Source of the DNA: Octopus bimaculoides
Lineage: Eukaryota
Assembly (NCBI RefSeq): GCF_001194135.2
Contig: NC_068988.1
Span: forward strand, 23,825,645 to 23,889,644
DNA length: 64,000 bases
Direction of reading: 5' to 3'
This document shows positions 12,206 to 26,525 of this stretch, piece by piece. Each line of letters opens with the position of its first letter. Position 1 is the first letter of the stretch. The position numbers and the translations under genes are program-made. The notes under the pieces were generated by a model. The model was given only the letters and a program-made list of their open reading frames with translations, ran no database searches and was not told where the DNA came from.

Positions 12206-13397
12206 GAAAGGAAACCGTATATGGACGTTTGATCTGGTAGAAATGATTAAGTTCCTCTTGAAACCGCAACCTGACTGGTGTCTTAAGAAAAAAAAACACA
12301 TTGAATGGTGTAACTTGGGGTGCAAAGGAACCGAAAATATAGATGGAATGGTCATCTGCGGAACGTCTTTGATCGAAGGACAGCTCAAGTAAAGTTGATT
12401 AGGAGATGAATAACCAATAACAACAACAAAATTGCACCCAATGGTGCAAGTGAAAAGTTCATATGAAAGTATAGAAAACACATATAGTGAAAATAATTTA
12501 ATTATATATGTTTCAATTATGATTGAGAGCAAACTATTGGAGTTGAATCTTCGATCGATGCTTATTCAAAGTTTCGATCACCGCCACAGCTGTTATTGTG
12601 AAAGTTATGATGGACGCAGTTCTGATGACTATATTTGGAAGGAAATCAAAAATATATCAATAGCGCTTAATTGATTTTGTGTTTGATCATGCACCTATGT
12701 CTAATGTACTGTGAGAGTTAGCGGAGTAATAGATAGATGTGGATTTTGAAAGCATTTAAACAGTAGGTTTAATTCTACTGTACATTGGGAATTTTCTAAT
12801 TACGATTAATTCAAGTGATTTTCTTGTCACCGTTTAGAATTTCAATGAAAAGTGGAATATAGCGTCTTGGGAAACATTTAATTGCTGCATCAATTCTGTT
12901 CTATTATGCTTTATTTGATATCAGTCAATAACCTGTGGCCATGCTGGGGCACAACTGGAAGCATTTTAGCCGATTATATCGACCGCAGTATTTCGACTAA
13001 TATATATCGATGTCATGATGGATAAAAAGCAGTGGGCCATGACGTAACGGGAGATGACTCGGATGAGAATATAGATATTTGTAAGGTACAGTTTTGCTCA
13101 ACTAATTTCGTTCCCCATCCACCCCTATAATGTACACTCGCATATATATATATGTGTGTGTGTGTGTGTGCGTGTGTTTGTGTGTGAAGTATGGAAGGCA
13201 GCTATACGCAATGTGAAATCAAAAAGGAAAATTCAATTGTCACTAATTGTGATTGAGGGTGCCCGGTAGCACCCATATTACTAGAAATAAGAGTTAAAAA
13301 CCCTTAGAGCCGCATGCAAGGATATTTTCATATACTGACAAGGGGGATAGATAGATAGATAGATAGATAGATAGAGATTATATACTACATATAATAT

Positions 13398-13620
13398 TAC
13401 TCTTACTCTTTTACTTTTTTACTTGTTTCAGTCATTTGACTGCGGCCATGCTGGAGCACCGCCTTTATTCGAGCAAATCGACACCAGGACTTATTCTTTG
13501 GCAGCCTAGTACTTATTATATCGGTTTCTTTTGCCGAACCGCTAAGTTACGGGGACGTAAACACACCAGTATCGGTTGTCAGGCGATGCTGGGGGGGGGA
13601 CAAACAGACACACAAACATA
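13398..13620 (-). mobile_element. Family-B SINE, 3' half (5' half not visible; probably in gap 13661-14233)
   Basis: Reverse complement of the 3' half of 19252-19766, including tail ggcggtgctccagcatggccgcagtcaaatgactgaaacaagtaaaa. Confidence 0.9.
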
Positions 13621-13625
13621 TACAC

Positions 13626-13660
<35 letters not shown>

Positions 13661-14233
13661 NNNNNNNNNNNNNNNNNNNNNNNNNNNNNNNNNNNNNNNN
13701 NNNNNNNNNNNNNNNNNNNNNNNNNNNNNNNNNNNNNNNNNNNNNNNNNNNNNNNNNNNNNNNNNNNNNNNNNNNNNNNNNNNNNNNNNNNNNNNNNNNN
13801 NNNNNNNNNNNNNNNNNNNNNNNNNNNNNNNNNNNNNNNNNNNNNNNNNNNNNNNNNNNNNNNNNNNNNNNNNNNNNNNNNNNNNNNNNNNNNNNNNNNN
13901 NNNNNNNNNNNNNNNNNNNNNNNNNNNNNNNNNNNNNNNNNNNNNNNNNNNNNNNNNNNNNNNNNNNNNNNNNNNNNNNNNNNNNNNNNNNNNNNNNNNN
14001 NNNNNNNNNNNNNNNNNNNNNNNNNNNNNNNNNNNNNNNNNNNNNNNNNNNNNNNNNNNNNNNNNNNNNNNNNNNNNNNNNNNNNNNNNNNNNNNNNNNN
14101 NNNNNNNNNNNNNNNNNNNNNNNNNNNNNNNNNNNNNNNNNNNNNNNNNNNNNNNNNNNNNNNNNNNNNNNNNNNNNNNNNNNNNNNNNNNNNNNNNNNN
14201 NNNNNNNNNNNNNNNNNNNNNNNNNNNNNNNNN

Positions 14234-14287
<54 letters not shown>

Positions 14288-16861
14288 TGTATGTATGTAT
14301 TTATGTATATTTGTATATATATATGCATGTGAGTATGCATAGTGTGCTTGCACGTGTTTATATAAGGAGTGATAAATCATAATACAGTTTAAGTGAACAT
14401 ATTAAAAATGGCTTCTGCACAGTTTGTTTCAGAGTCAATTCAAAACAGTGATGCATTATTCACCAAGGAAAGTATATATCTTTAGCAAACTAACCATAGA
14501 ATAAAACACTAGCTGTAAACTACGTTGAATAGGCTTTAACATCTTTCTATCTCTTTATATTTTGGATTAGTTCCATTTTAGTTGAGCTACATTTTGGAAC
14601 AGCAGGAGTTAGCTTTTAATAAGAATCTTAATTTCGAATGATCATTTCAAATATAAGCTTGCACGTGCTCTAAATTGCAATCATTATAGTACAGTATTTT
14701 GTTTGAGGGTTTGAATTTCTTTTTTTCCAGAATGCTTTGCAGTACCACAATTTTGTGAGAAACAAAACACTACTCTGTAACTCTTCTACGATCATTGAAA
14801 ACGCCAAGAGAAACTTCAGAAAGCAATGAGGAAAGCAACATGATGGTCTTGACTTAAACGAAGCTGAAACAAGTACACTTCTAACATTTTAAGCGCGCTC
14901 GGTTTTGCCCAATGGAAAGAAGTACTACCAGTACTACACACACATGTATATATATATATATATATATATCAAATTCAAATTACGATGAACGTAAACAAAC
15001 AAACGAAGTTTGCTTTTAGAAGCGTTGAGATGTCTTAGAAAGTTAAAGAAGTGATTTTAAATACTCAAACGCAGGATAATGCTAATAATATAGCCTAAAC
15101 AGGATAAGCTACCCCTGTTTTGCAGAAAAAAGTGTTGGTGGCCGGCTATGAGACTGGAAGTTCATGGTGATACAAAACAAGTACATAATATAACAGCGAA
15201 GGGTGTTATATTTGCATTTTAGGGACAGAAAGTAAGAGGCGAACTTGTGTGAACAGTTATTGTAGTGTTGCTGGTGAATGAAAATGAGCCTATCAGCCTT
15301 ATCTTCGTGTATTGTAATACAAATCGAGGATATTTCTGTGTCCTGTAGAAGCACACTTCCAGACGATATGGTCATCTTTGCAATGTAGACTTTGCTTGAG
15401 CATTGTAGAGTGTCAGAAACGTATGGCTCTGAAGTAGAAGAGTGATATTCAGGATATAGTTTTACTAATGTTATGCAAATAATGTTGCATTCAGAGAGAT
15501 ATACAGATATTGGGAGTCCCTGAAATGTTCAGCTACATTGATACATTTAGGTGAGCGTGTTTGCATGGGTTGATGAGATGCTTAGAAAAAATTGCTATAT
15601 GCTGTGTTTCGAACGCACGCTGTTTAAGCCACCGAGTTTGCCGAGTCGTTAACGAATCGGACAACAATGCTCAACAGTATTTTTCCCAGCTCCATATATT
15701 CTGAGTTCATATAACGCTGAAGCCGCATTTGTCTTTTGTCCTTTCGTTGTCGATAAAATAACAGTGAAATTACGGGGTCGATGTACTCTACTCACCCTTC
15801 CCTTAAAATTGCAGTCCTTGCGCCAAAATTTGAAATCGACATATGTGGTGTGACATTTGTATCATTGAAGCAGACTTCGTCAAAAGGCAACATTCCCTAT
15901 CTTAACTTCATCACCTGTACATCACGCCCAAACACTTTCTAAAGTTATTTATGTGGGAAAATATTTGGGTGATAATTACACTACAGTTTATTTTCCTTTG
16001 ACATGTAAAACACTGAGTTTGTAAACCTATCTGGGAATGTCTGCATCTAGTTGTTCTTATCATGGCAGAAAATAAACAAACAGTGAGAAAGGAAGCAAAA
16101 TGAAAACAACAACAGCACAAAATAGGTAAATGTTATCCACCCTAAGCAATATAATTATTTCTCCTCTCTCCTGCGTTTTTCTTAATTTCTTTACAACATA
16201 CGGCTTCTTGTTAACGCCCAGACAGACCTAAAGATAAAGCTTAACCAACATACTTGATACAACGTGATGCCAATCAAACTTGAACGAATACATGTTTTAA
16301 TTGTCTTTTAAGCGCCAAGATCTTGTTATCCAATACTTGTCTATAAGTTCGTTCAGCAGGTTTCTGATGGGACAAAAATAAATTCTATGATTTCTGCTTT
16401 GTTTTAGGTCCTTTGGAATGTGTGTTTTTGTGTGGCATTTTCTGAAGTAAGTAAACTATTGCATTATATTGAGTAACAACCATGATAATAGCCAAAGTGA
16501 CATGAGATTAGGCTTCATTGCTAAATGCTTACCAATGGAACCACATACACGGAGAGAGACTAAAACACACACACAGACACACACACAATAAATAAATGAA
16601 TATATATATAAATGAATATAGATAAATAAATGAACAAATATCAAAATAGTCCTTGAGTTTGCATATGACTATCGTTCGATCAAGTTTACACCCCACACAC
16701 TGTATAACAACGAATGACTGAGTATTCCAAATCAATGTTTGTGTGTCTGTCTATGTGCGTGAAAGAGATAGAGGGAGAGAGAGGGAGAGAGAGGGAGAAA
16801 GAGAGATGGAAAAAGAGAGACGGATAAGCAGAGAGTGACAAAGATGGTCGTTTGGTCTGTA

Positions 16862-17088
16862 TTGGGTTGTCCGGAAAGTCCGTGCCGATTTATAGTAGCT
16901 TACATTCAACTTATTTGCCACGAAACCACCTCAATTCTGGAAAGAGGGTATTTTCAAGTTAAAGAAATGATGGAGACGCATTGTGCAACAGAATGGTTCA
17001 TATTTGTTTGATTAAAAATGTAATGGTAAGTATTTATTGACCTTTTTCTTTCCTTTAAAAATCGGCACGAACTTTCCGGACAACCCAA
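16862..17088 (+). mobile_element. Mariner-derived MITE, 227 bp, 30-bp TIRs, TA TSD
   Basis: TTGGGTTGTCCGGAAAGTCCGTGCCGATTT (16862-16891) inverted at 17059-17088 with 1 mismatch. TA at 16860-61 and 17089-90. Interior encodes FWKEGIFKLKK*WRRIVQQNGSY, the mariner transposase C-terminus. Confidence 0.92.
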
Positions 17089-17094
17089 TAGGTT

Positions 17095-17262
17095 CAGTTC
17101 GTAGTGCAGGGTTTCCGATTAATTTCAGCTTCAGTTAGTTGAACCGATTTCACTCGTAACACTCGAAGCTATCGAAGAAGGGAGTCTTGCCTGATTGTAC
17201 TGCGCTTGGGGGCGAACCCAGGAACTCAGAATCGTGAAACGAGCTTCGTAAACACTCGCTCA
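17095..17262 (-). mobile_element. Old family-B-like SINE head
   Basis: Minus strand has a tRNA-like head with gggttcg B-box and caggcaag core similar to family B. Confidence 0.45.
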
Positions 17263-17526
17263 TATTTTATATCACGCACACACACACACACACACACGCA
17301 CACACACACACACACACACACACGCATAGATACACACACATGGATACAGACATTGGAACATACATGTGCATACACACAATCACACATTCAGTCACACATA
17401 CATTCGAACACACACTCCTACATATACAAACACATATTCACATGCACACACACATACAAACACACTCACACACTCACACACACAAACACACAATCACGCT
17501 CACACAAACAGACAGACAGACACACA

Positions 17527-17569
<43 letters not shown>

Positions 17570-17590
17570 CATNNNNNNNNNNNNNNNNNA

Positions 17591-17645
<55 letters not shown>

Positions 17646-18024
17646 CATTAAGCAATCACATTGAAACTGAGTAACATCTCAAAAAAGTTTCACATTATGT
17701 TTAAAATAGTATTTGACCCCATATTGCACAATAGTTAAATACCAGAAGTCACAGAGAGGATTCCCATTTGGTCACACGGCCTTCCAGACTTATATACAAG
17801 ACCACAATAGCGTTCTTGATGCAAGCAGTCATGTAATTTCATCACTTTGGGCAAATTCTTTTACTATGACCCTAGGCCAACCAAAGTCTGGCGTTGTAAA
17901 AGGATCTTAAGGACCTTAATAAAAACAGAGTGAATAACTGCGAGGATAGAATTAATAGGAATGTAGAATTTTCCCTGGCGAATGGAATTTCAAATATATT
18001 ATGCTGCATTATAATATATAGAAT

Positions 18025-18365
18025 AAGGCGGCGAGCTGTCAGAAACGTTAGCACGCGGGCGAAATACCTAGCCGTATTTCGTCTGTCTTTATGTTCTGAG
18101 TTCAAATTCTGCCGAGGACGACTTCGCTTTTCATTCGTTCGGATTCGAGGTAATCGACTGGCCCCATCCCCGAATATGTTGTGCCTTGAGTAAAATAAGA
18201 AACATTAGCACGCCGGGCGAAATTCTTAGCGGTATTTCGTCCGGTTTTACGTTTTTAGTTCAAATTCCGCTGAGGTCGACTTTGCCTTTCATCCTTTCGG
18301 GATCCATAAATTAAATACCAGTTGCGTACTGAGGTCGATCTAATCGACTGACCTCCCTCCCCGAA
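18025..18365 (+). mobile_element. Head-to-tail dimer of family-A SINEs
   Basis: Unit 1 ~18025-18195 (deleted core, A2-type tail). Unit 2 starts at ...aaaataagaaacattagcacgccggg and runs to ~18365. Confidence 0.85.
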
Positions 18366-19251
18366 AATATAATGTATAAAATGTTAAACAGTAATGTTCA
18401 ATTAATATTCTTCAGAAAATGTTGTTAGTGAAAGACGTATCTGGTAGTGTAAACACACACACATTATATATATATATTTGTGTGCGTTAGTGTGTGTATG
18501 TGTATTTAGGCATGTATATATGCATACATAGTTATCTATGTATATACACGCACAAACAAGCTCACATGTGTCTCTGTTGTAAGCGTTTCTTTGTGTAAGT
18601 GCGTAGACATGTTTTATAGACAATGTAGAAATCAAAATATTTGATAGAATTGTAGCTTTAAATTTTCGCACAAAGAAGCAATAAAATTAGTTATGTGTAT
18701 AAAGAGGTGAAAATAAAACGTGTATCTTATCAAATAATATTGGCAGTTACAAGGTGTTTCGAATTGATAATGTATATAGGTGTGTATATTTACAATTTGT
18801 TTTTAAGAACGAAATGTAAATGTTACTAGAATGGAAATATGAAGTGATATACGCCATACATGAAAAAGATATCAGTTTGAAAGAAATTGTTTGAAAGTGA
18901 ATAGAATGGAATAAAAGTTAGATAATGGGAGATTATAAGATATCACAATTTGGGTTAAAATAAAGTTGTAAAAGGTTACTCAGTAGCGTAAGAAAGTGTA
19001 TGCTAAATCTTATACTAGATATGGTGAACATAGAGAAAATTGGAAAAAGGAGATTGCGAATAATCTTAATTATGTATGAAAGTAAATTCGAAGTGATTTA
19101 GCACAAGTTGAGGAAAGCTAAGTAGAATAGCAGAAATATAATGAAGCTTAATGAACAGGAGAAAGGTTTGGCTGGGATTTTAAGTAGCAAGTTTCAATAT
19201 GAAATGAATATGATAAGTATAGGGGCAAATATTGGTTCTAAAATTAAAGTA

Positions 19252-19404
19252 GTGACTGTGTGGTAAGTAGCTTGCTTACCAACCACATAGTTCCGGGTTC
19301 AGTCCCACTGCGTGGTACCTTGGGCAAGTGTCTTCTACTATTGGCTCGGGCCGACCAAAGCCTTGTGTGTGGATTTGGCAGACAGAAACTGAAAGAAGAC
19401 CGTC

Positions 19405-19438
<34 letters not shown>

Positions 19439-19766
19439 ATATNNNNNNNNNNNNNNNNNNNNNNNNNNNNNNNNNNNNNNNNNNNNNNNNNNNNNNNNNN
19501 NNNNNNNNNNNNNNNNNNNNNNNNNNNNNNNNNNNNNNNNNNNNNNNNNTGTGTGTGTGTGTGTCTGTGTTTGTCCCCACAACATCACTTGATAACCGAT
19601 GCTGGTGTTTTTATGTCCCCGTTATCTAGCGGTTCAGCAAAAGAACCGATAGAATAAGAACTAAGCTTACAAAGAATAAGTCGCGGTGTCGATTTGCTCG
19701 ACTACAGGCGGTGCTCAAGCATGGCCGCAGTCAAATGACTGAAACAAGTAAAAGAGTAAAGAGTAA
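19252..19766 (+). mobile_element. Family-B tRNA-derived SINE, full length, with internal (TA)n/(TG)n
   Basis: Head gtgactgtgtggtaag...ccgggttcagtccc, CORE-like accttgggcaagtgtc, internal microsatellite and gap 19443-19549, tail (AAGAGTA)n. Resembles octopus CORE-type SINEs (recalled, unverified). Confidence 0.9.
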
Positions 19767-20649
19767 ATGTATAAACTTCTCATAGTCAAATGTTCAGGGT
19801 TATTGTTGCTACCGTGTAGTTTGAGACACTTCGACGTAGTAGGGAAGTTGTAATGTTTAATAGAGAAATAGCAGTTAATAAATCTGGCCGGTTGATTTAA
19901 GTAATAAATCATTTAATGTTGAATGTGTTAACTTTATTGTAGAAACTACCATTCTGGTAAAAATAAAGTGTAGATATGAGTTCTATAAAATATCACCTAT
20001 TTTGAAAAATAATATGTTCAAGCTACTTCAAGAATTTTTGAAAGATCCAACCTTCGCCTGAGATCAGTTATTCTGTGAGGTTTTATACTTCCCAAGGGTC
20101 AAAAACTTAAATAATTGTAGATTGGTGAATTCAACTTCATGATTCAGAGATTCGAAGATAAGGCAGTTTTTTTATTGTTTCTTCGTAGGATTTCATATAA
20201 CTGAAATGCAAAATGTTAGAGACCAGATATAACCTAAAAATGAAATATCCACTTTTGTGGGTAGATCCTTAAATACGCGTGCTTGATGTGCTTTTACGTG
20301 TGTGTAATGTGTGTGTACGTGTGTGTGATGTATATCTACGTGTATATATGTGTGTGTGAGTGTGTGTGCGTGCGTGCGTGCGTAATAAAATCCTTTTTGA
20401 ACAAAACAGTACTTAAAGTAATAGGTGAAATCAAGATCGAGTTAATATTGTCTGCGAAACAGACTAACTCCTTTGTCTTATAATTAACTCCTACTTAAAA
20501 AATATTGGTGAAGATATCATTACAATTAGATACATTATGGAAGATTAACTGGTTGTTTTAAAACTTCAAATGATTCGAATTCTCTAGTGTTTTTGAAAAT
20601 GTCTGTGTGTCTGGTTGAATAAGAAATTCTAATATTTTTTGTGGAAAAT

Positions 20650-20862
20650 GAGGCCGTGTTCTGGCTGAATTGTTACCACGCAGTGCAAAATACATGGCGG
20701 CCAAATAATTTCGTCTGAGTTCATATTACACCGAGGTTGACTTTTCCTTTTTAGCCATTCATGGTCGATTAAAAATAAATGCCAATTGAATACTGACATC
20801 GATGTAATCGATTTAGGCCATTCCTGAAATTGCTGGCCTTGTGCCAAAATTTAGGACCAATA
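20650..20862 (+). mobile_element. Degenerate family-A SINE (tail A3: aaattgctggccttgtgccaaaattt)
   Basis: Recognisable gagttcatattacaccgaggttgac and gatgtaatcgat motifs. Confidence 0.6.
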
Positions 20863-21721
20863 TGTTTTGTGAAGAGTGTCATAGTTCTTGCGCTCAGAAA
20901 AGAAATGTTTTAGCTGGATTTTCAAAGAAAATTGGCTACTGGTATGAATTGTAAGTTGAGTGGTAGGTTACACAGCTCTACGTGTCTCTTCCAACGTTTT
21001 GATAAGTGTTAANNNNNNNNNNNNNNNNNNNNNNNNNNNNNNNNNNNNNNNNNNNNNNNNNNNNNNNNNNNNNNNNNNNNNNNNNNNNNNNNNNNNNNNN
21101 NNNNNNNNNNNNNNNNNNNNNNNNNNNNNNNNNNNNNNNNNNNNNNNNNNNNNNNNNNNNNNNNNNNNNNNNNNNNNNNNNNNNNNNNNNNNNNNNNNNN
21201 NNNNNNNNNNNNNNNNNNNNNNNNNNNNNNNNNNNNNNNNNNNNNNNNNNNNNNNNNNNNNNNNNNNNNNNNNNNNNNNNNNNNNNNNNNNNNNNNNNNN
21301 NNNNNNNNNNNNNNNNNNNNNNNNNNNNNNNNNNNNNNNNNNNNNNNNNNNNNNNNNNNNNNNNNNNNNNNNNNNNNNNNNNNNNNNNNNNNNNNNNNNN
21401 NNNNNNNNNNNNNNNNNNNNNNNNNNNNNNNNNNNNNNNNNNNNNNNNNNNNNNNNNNNNNNNNNNNNNNNNNNNNNNNNNNNNNNNNNNNNNNNNNNNN
21501 NNNNNNNNNNNNNNNNNNNNNNNNNNNNNNNNNNNNNNNNNNNNNNNNNNNNNNNNNNNNNNNNNNNNNNNNNNNNNNNNNNNNNNNNNNNNNNNNNNNN
21601 NNNNNNNNNNNNNNNNNNNNNNNNNNNNNNNNNNNNNNNNNNNNNNNNNNNNNNNNNNNNNNNNNNNNNNNNNNNNNNNNNNNNNNNNNNNNNNNNNNNN
21701 NNNNNNNNNNNNNNNNNNNNN

Positions 21722-21960
21722 GTAGGTGCCTTAGGTATAATAAAAGAAATATTCAGACAAATACATAAAAAAACACCAGGCCTTACAAATATATATAACA
21801 TACAAAAAATTGCACTACTGGGCACTGCACACATCCAACGCAAAACACTTTCAATACAGTAACCATAAGAGCATCACAGCAAACCACAGTACATACCCAA
21901 GGCGCACAGAGCTGCATTCGGTAGTGAAGTGAAAGCATGTTATAAAAATAAAACTACTGA
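21722..21960 (+). mobile_element. R4/Dong-clade non-LTR retrotransposon 3' end (body probably in gap 21013-21721)
   Basis: VGALGII...NIQKIALLGTAHIQRKTLSIQ* is the R4/Dong C-terminus. Roughly 90% identical by eye to 44508-44746, and followed by (TAA)n at ~21961-22003. Confidence 0.9.
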
Positions 21961-21969
21961 ACAACAATG

Positions 21970-22004
<35 letters not shown>

Positions 22005-22249
22005 TGAACATAGTTCGATACGAACCATCGAATAATATCACTGACAGCAGCTCAGCATTTTGTTCCCATACTGACTTTGAAAGCTACTGTATTCATTTTT
22101 TTTTTTCATCTAAAGTGTGTTGCTATATAAGAAAATAGATTTTCTTGCTTGAATATATTGTTGATGTCTGCTTAAAAAAGAAATTAATTCTGTTATGTGC
22201 ACGCTGCTATAAGAATAAGTTCAATGATCATAGGATAGTATTCTTTATA

Positions 22250-22500
22250 TCAAACAGGAAGAAATGGTAGTTTCTCATCATTAATAGTAATAAATTCCAC
22301 TACGGCTGAATTTGAATAATTGCATAGGGAAATTGTATTATTCCCATAACGTGATTCAAACTTGATTTTAAGAAAGATAGGATTCAATACATACTTACTA
22401 AGGATACTTAAAAATGTCTTCGAAAGTTTATCTTCCAATGATCGTTGAATGTAAAGTATGTCTCTAGTTCTAGCAATAATTTGGCCCTATCTTCCATGTA
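22250..22500 (-). mobile_element. Possible Penelope-like RT C-terminal remnant
   Basis: ILYIQRSLEDKLSKTFLSILSKY...NNTISLC loosely resembles the Penelope-like motif IIWFNPP...IGKKFL.L.DKHF...N.IKISYSC. Weak. Confidence 0.25.
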
Positions 22501-24507
22501 GTTTTCCATGCAAGATATTTCTAACTGTAATATTTACATGATCTAAGAGAACATAATTTCTAAATTCCTACAGATTAGTTGATTGAATGATATAGATATC
22601 CGAAAGTATTCTTGTTTATTGATCTCATATATAGTTTCGGTTGTACCAGAATTAATAAATACATCGTTGCTTGAGTAGAAATAGCTATTCTTATTTCCAA
22701 GTGATTTTGGAGAAAGAGTGGGTTTTTTTTCCTACTGAATTTCCTACGAATATTTTAATTGTGCAAATAGATCAACTTTCACCGTTGTTAATAAATTATC
22801 TGGAGGAACATATCTTACTGTCTCGGACCGTATTGGCATTTCGCTGTGACCTAACAATGTTTTCAACGACGCATGTTTTCCATTTAATCCTATTGCTAAG
22901 ACCGTCATTTTCAGGTGATAATAATTTTAGGTGACCTATATTTGAGGCTGTATAATGTGTTCTTATAGGAAAGTTTATTTACTGTCGTTACAGTTTTAGA
23001 TTATCAGTTTATGTTTCGGGACACCTTAATTTGAAAAGTAAACTCCTTTATGAGTATAGTAGTCGTTTTTTTCTTAATTTTGTAAAAATGGACAGAAAAT
23101 TATTAACTAAGTAAAGAACTCAATATGCGACGACGAAGTAAATTGTTACTTTGTAAAAATGACCGTACCAGCCATGCCAAAATGACCGTACCAACAAATC
23201 TGGCTTCTGAAATTTTCATCTTTGTTAGCCATATGCGAACATTTAAGAAGAATCAGTAGTGGGATCTATAATAGCAATGAATGGAGAAGTTTTATCAATA
23301 AAGCATGATAATAAAAATGAAAAGTTTCTAAGGGCCTCAATTTAAGATGTACTAAAAGTGGTGGTGGTGGTTGTGAGGGGAGGAATAATGGAATAAGCGT
23401 ATATAAGGATAAAATATAGGCTAAATACACAGAGAATGTACGGGAGAATTTTAATGTACATATGGTTGTATAACTTATTAAAATGCTTTATGAAATTATG
23501 AATATAAAAGACACACAATTTCAACGAAACCGCATTCGTTCGTAACAGATGTTACTGTTAAAAACATAGAAAAATCGAAATTTCATAAAATTAACGGCAC
23601 TTTTGCGACATGTTTATTAAGTATTTTTATTTATTTGTAAAAGAAATAATTTTAGTGATAAAGAAGTTAAAACTTCAAAGTATTATTAAGTTGCTTTAAT
23701 TTAAATGTCTGCGAAATGTGTATTAAACCAAACAACTAATTTATATTAAATTTACATATAACCGAACGATGTAGTGTGAAAATCTGTTTCAGTGTTAGTA
23801 GTTATATTAATGTTAAAAATGCGAAATACGAATAATATTGTCAAAAGCGACAAATATTTTAATAAATATCGTAATTCGTTTCCTTTAATTTAAACTAAAT
23901 CACACAGAAAAAAACCTCTTAAAAGGAAGTGGTAAGGTTTAAATATTTAATCAACCAAGACAATTTTGAGCATTTTCATTACATTAAAGAATTATCCTTA
24001 TGCTCAACTAACACACACACACACACACACACAGACACACAGACACACACACACAGACACACATACACACACAAACACGCGCGCGCGCACACACGCAGAG
24101 TTAAGTTAATTGTAAACAACTTAGCAAAATACCGAAATATAATTAAAGTAACATCTAGATTACAGTTGCTGATNNNNNNNNNNNNNNNNNNNNNNNNNNN
24201 NNNNNNNNNNNNNNNNNNNNNNNNNNNNNNNNNNNNNNNNNNNNNNNNNNNNNNNNNNNNNNNNNNNNNNNNNNNNNNNNNNNNNNNNNNNNNNNNNNNN
24301 NNNNNNNNNNNNNNNNNNNNNNNNNNNNNNNNNNNNNNNNNNNNNNNNNNNNNNNNNNNNNNNNNNNNNNNNNNNNNNNNNNNNNNNNNNNNNNNNNNNN
24401 NNNNNNNNNNNNNNNNNNNNNNNNNNNNNNNNNNNNNNNNNNNNNNNNNNNNNNNNNNNNNNNNNNNNNNNNNNNNNNNNNNNNNNNNNNNNNNNNNNNN
24501 NNNNNNN

Positions 24508-24562
<55 letters not shown>

Positions 24563-25391
24563 ACCTCACATACACATGTAATAGTTACCTCCAATGCGTA
24601 GCTTTCAACTGGTTTTCTACTCAACATCAAGAACAACATGCTTATATAAATTTCCAAGTTTTGTACTTGTCTACATGGAATCGCTATGAAGTTTCGCCCT
24701 TCAAATTCTTTTGGCTTTCTGCTAGATTTATATAGTTCGGTGTGGATTTTTTTCAGTGAACCTTTTCCAATATAATCGTAATTAAATCATCAAAATGTAT
24801 GAAGAAAACAATGTTGAGATACATGAAATATCTCCACCCTCATTGTCTTTTTACAATAAATTCCAATATAATCGCAATCTACGCATCTGAATGTTATCTG
24901 TAGAAAATTTTTCATAAAAAATTTACCCATTTTTTCTGAAAGTTATTAGAATGAAATCGAGGTGCTGTACACTTGTATAGGTATACCCAATTAACGCAAC
25001 TTAAAACCAACTTTGTTGTTCCGTTTTCTATTTCATTAACAACACCTAAAAAGTAAGAAATGAAATTGGAATCAGCCTAAATTTGGCTGACGCAGGACTA
25101 AACTCCTAACTTGTAGAAAGTAGCGTTGAAAATATCTAGGCAACCGTTATATTTTGAGAAGTATAAATAGACATTAAAAAACGCTATTCTGCATTAAGCT
25201 GAAATGTAATGAAAAAATTCGTGTTTGAATTATACAATAATAAAAGAAACCTCAAAATCGAATTTTGATAAGATATATTAAAACTGGAATTTATAAATAT
25301 TTTCTAGACAGTTTAGTCTTAAATAATAACTTCCATTTAGTAAAAGTTACATAATCCAATTTAATTAGCTAGCCGCATTCTTTCATTATTG

Positions 25392-25426
<35 letters not shown>

Positions 25427-26140
25427 NNNNNNNNNNNNNNNNNNNNNNNNNNNNNNNNNNNNNNNNNNNNNNNNNNNNNNNNNNNNNNNNNNNNNNNNNN
25501 NNNNNNNNNNNNNNNNNNNNNNNNNNNNNNNNNNNNNNNNNNNNNNNNNNNNNNNNNNNNNNNNNNNNNNNNNNNNNNNNNNNNNNNNNNNNNNNNNNNN
25601 NNNNNNNNNNNNNNNNNNNNNNNNNTATATATACATATATAGTCACATATATACGTACATATATACCTACACGTAATCACATTAATATATATAACATCCT
25701 ACATTAAGAAAATAACCTAGACGTCAATTACAAGGAGTCGTGCCGCATAGTTGTCGTACAGGCTCATATTATAGAAACGAACATTGTCTTGTATACGATA
25801 ATTATAAATCAATAAAACATATGTGGTTAACCTTAAGTATATAGTAAAAGCAATATGCAACAAGTGTAGTATTATGAAAATTAAGCACCGATAATTTGGT
25901 GGTTGGTATAAATCTTAGAATAAGATTCAAAGTAACAATAGGTGTTGTAAAATAGAAAGAAAATCGCTTGTCTAGGTAAGCATTGTCTCTGTAGGAAATC
26001 TATTCATTGACAATGTAAGCAATGTGGAAGAGAAGGCATTGGTTTTGAAGAACAGCGACTAAATGGTGTTAAGACTATATATTATGAAACATTGTTGTTC
26101 CTAAATCTCTCAGCGAGAGATATGCAGTAGCAGCACTTTA

Positions 26141-26297
26141 AAGTAACGATTTTTTGCCAACTTATTGTGGCAGTCCCATTTTGAGGCGAATACTACTGAT
26201 ATTTAGCCCCGGGAAATGATGTCTCCTGGTGCTAAACAACAGTGGCATTCGCTCCGAGATGAGACTGCCACATTAGGTTGGCAAAAAATCGTTACTG
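26141..26297. mobile_element. Almost fully palindromic MITE (157 bp), TA-flanked
   Basis: agtaacgattttttgccaacttattgtggcagtc... pairs with ...gactgccacattaggttggcaaaaaatcgttactg. TA at 26139-40 and 26298-99. Same family as 2095-2409. Confidence 0.8.
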
Positions 26298-26481
26298 TAT
26301 ATATTATGAATTTATAATAAATGTGTAAGCTCATCTGACCAAGTAAATTTACAGCGTGATGTGAAACTTAGTATTCATTCGTATAAAGTGTTTGATATGT
26401 CACCATTTATACACTGAAAATCAAGGAGCATCCTTATGCTCAAGTAATACTCTTCAGATGAAATCATCAATTAAAGTCGGT

Positions 26482-26525
<44 letters not shown>

